Of a DNA stretch of 64,000 nucleotides, positions 61,558 through 64,000 are shown piece after piece (position 1 is the stretch's first letter; every line of letters starts with the position of its first letter). The notes beneath the pieces were generated by a model. The model was not told where the DNA came from. It worked only from the letters and a program-made list of their open reading frames with translations, and ran no database searches. The position numbers and the translations under genes were made by a program. This DNA is from Eledone cirrhosa (taxonomy: Eukaryota), in the NCBI GenBank assembly GCA_964016885.1, contig OZ024742.1:319114001-319178000 (forward strand), in the 5' to 3' direction.

Positions 61558-61800
61558 GCTCCTAATACACGCTGTAAAGTGGTTAGTCTTAGGAAGGGTA
61601 TCTAGCCATAGAAACCATGTTCCCAATATATACTGTAAAGTAGTTGGTGTTAAGAAGGGTACCTAGCCATCAAAATCATGCTCCCAGTACACACTGTAAA
61701 GTAGTTGGTGATAGGAAGGGCATCTAGCTATAGAAACCCTGCTCCCAGTACATGCTCTAAAGTGGTTAATGTTAGGAAGGGCATCTAGCCATAGAAACCA
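61558..61800 (+). repeat. ~60-61-bp tandem repeat (4 copies) of an RTE-UTR/SINE segment
   Basis: Unit ctcccagtacacactgtaaagtagttggtgttaggaagggcatctagccatagaaaccatg. Confidence 0.85.
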
Positions 61801-62052
61801 AACCAAAACAAAATGTATGAGCAGGGCTTAGTCATGTGACAGCCATTTAACCTGTGCAAGCATGAAAAATGGACATTAAACTGTGGTGATGATGATGATG
61901 ATAATAATGAATGATGCAAAGTGGGATTTGAACTCAGAACATAAATAGAAATAACTGAATTTCACAGAGCATTTTGTATGTTGCTCTACTAATTTTACCA
62001 CTCACCAGTCTTGCCTAAATAAAATAAGAGATGGCAATTCAACAATTCTTAC

Positions 62053-62164
62053 CACAATAGGAGTCCCATGTAGACATTTTGATGAGGTTATCACATTAAA
62101 TTGGCAGGCTATTGTAAGAGAAAGGCCAAGGAATTTCAGTTTGGGATGATGCTGAAGGAACTCT
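62053..62164 (-). CDS. ZYG11B: ZYG11-family exon (end of LRR region); most 5' exon seen in the window
   Basis: tttcag|A GAG TTC...GTG|gtaaga; EFLQHHPKLKFLGLSLTIACQFNVITSSKCLHGTPIV resembles human FIQQRPSMQFVGLL. Confidence 0.82.
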
Positions 62165-62518
62165 CTGAAAAGAAAAAGAAACCAGCAATATATGAAGACA
62201 ATAGACATTTATGTCATTGGTTTTGTATTGCACACAGGCTTAGAACAATTTCTGACATCAGTACATGAACCAATCAACCATCACAACTGTGTATGTCATG
62301 GAATATAGTATCAAATGCCAGGTTGTAAAAGTAGAGTAAAATGTACAACAGTGAATATAACTAGTGCATATGTATTTTCAATAACCAAATATAATTGTTT
62401 CTACGTTTGGCACAAGGCCAGCAATTATCCAGTGCATTACTGGTACTTTATTTTATCGACCCCGTAAGGATGAAAGGCAAAATGTCAGCGATGATGAAAC
62501 TGTTTTAGTTTCAATATA

Positions 62519-64000
62519 AAAGTAAACCCCTATACTTAGCTTTTGTCGACTTGGAGAAAGCCTTCGACAGAGTTCCCCGTTCCATTATCTGGTGGGCTCT
62601 TAGAAAACTAGGTGTTGATGAATGGCTTGTGAGAGCTATACAAGCCATGTATAAAGAAACAGTCAGCAAGGTTAGAATTAACAACGAATATAGTGAAGAG
62701 TTTAGCGTAAAAGTTGGTGTTCATCAGGGCTCCGTTCTTAGCAACCCTACTATTTATTATTGCCCTTCAGGCAATAACAGTGGAGTTCAAGACCGGCTGC
62801 CCATGGGAACTCCTATACGCAGATGATCTAACGCTCATAGCTGAATCAATGGCCGAACTAGAGAAGAAATTCCAAACATGGAAGCACGGCCTAGAATCAA
62901 AAGGCCTTAAAATTAACCTGGCTAAGACTAAAGTTCTAGTTTGTAGGAAGGAAAATAGGGCGTCGGTCCCATCCGGGAAATGGCCATGCTCAGTGTGTAG
63001 GAAAGGAGTAGGTAGAAACTCCATTTTATGTCCCAAATGCAAAGTATGGGTGCATAAAAGATATAGTGGAATCACAGGTAAGCTAACTAAGAACATAGAT
63101 TTTACATGTGGCCAGTGCTCTGGTGCAATAAGTAGCAGCAAGTGCCCACAAATACTAGCTCTTTCAATTGCACAGAGGGTTCTATAGAAATAGTGGACAG
63201 CTTCCGTTACCTGGGTGACAAAATCAGCAGTGGGGGAGGGTGCTCTGAAAGTACAGTAGCTAGAGTCAGAAATGGATGAAAAAAGTTCAGAGAGCTTATA
63301 CCACTATTAGCCGCTAAAGGGTTCTCCCTAAAAATGAAAGGCAGGCTGTATGATGCCTGCATATGAACAGCAATGTTGCATGGCAGTGAGACCTGGGCAT
63401 TGTGTGCAGAGGATATACGCAGACTAGAGAGGAACGAAGCTTGCATGCTCCGCTGGATGTGTAATAGTAATATACGTGAACGGCAAAGCATTAACGAACT
63501 AAGGGAAAAATTAGAAATAAGAGGGATCAGATGTTGTTTACTCGAGAGAAGGCTATGTTGGTATGGTCACGTGATGCGCATGAAAGACGACAGCTGTATA
63601 AAAAAGTGCAGGGCAATAAAAATAGACGGTAGCCACGGAGTAGGCACCCCCAGAAAAACCTGGGACGACTTGATAAATTCCGACCTCACACACTTACACC
63701 TCTCCAAGACAATGTCACTGGACCGAGATCTTTGGCGGTACTCAGTAATAGAGAAGACCCGCCTTACCTAAATACAAAGTAAAACCTACTACAGTCAGTA
63801 GGTACCTCTAACAAAATACACCCCCGTCCCACTACCCCCACCCCATCCACACCGCCCCTTTCAATGTAAAGTTATGTTGGTACCACAACATCCAGGCCGA
63901 AACAAATGAGGTCGTGTAGGTGTCACGACAAAAAAACACACAGTCCACGCTGTAATGTGGCCGTGTAGGTAACACGGCAGTAAAAACCTCCCAGTTCCAC
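62519..64000 (+). mobile_element. RTE LINE (second subfamily), 5'-truncated, runs off the window
   Basis: AFVDLEKAFDRVP, GVHQGS, LYADD, PHD-like motif and YLGD; frameshifts and stops present. Confidence 0.95.

Overview
AT-rich, repeat-dense eukaryotic DNA with spliced genes. The SINE/RTE repertoire and the (TA/TG)n and (GAT)n microsatellites suggest an octopus (coleoid cephalopod) genome; this is an inference. Two convergent genes were reconstructed by hand from GT-AG exons with consistent phases. (1) The last six coding exons of cystinosin (CTNS, + strand, 2699-18745). (2) The last thirteen coding exons of a ZYG11-family CRL2 substrate receptor (- strand, 62164-30610). Both 5' ends lie outside the window. 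Introns and the intergenic gap hold many RTE LINE copies, CR1-like LINE relics, a Buster/Charlie-type hAT transposase relic, piggyBac (TTAA), hAT and Tc1 MITEs, and tRNA-derived SINEs. Most notable observations: a canonical C4HC3 PHD-finger motif inserted inside the reverse-transcriptase domain of the RTE family (4 copies); a 906-bp fold-back mariner made of two inverted 5' halves in the last ZYG11 intron; a 174-bp higher-order minisatellite; an internally deleted 5'+3' RTE; and candidate alternative C-termini for both host genes. No searches were run. Family calls rest on recognised motifs, and repeat boundaries are approximate unless a TSD is cited.
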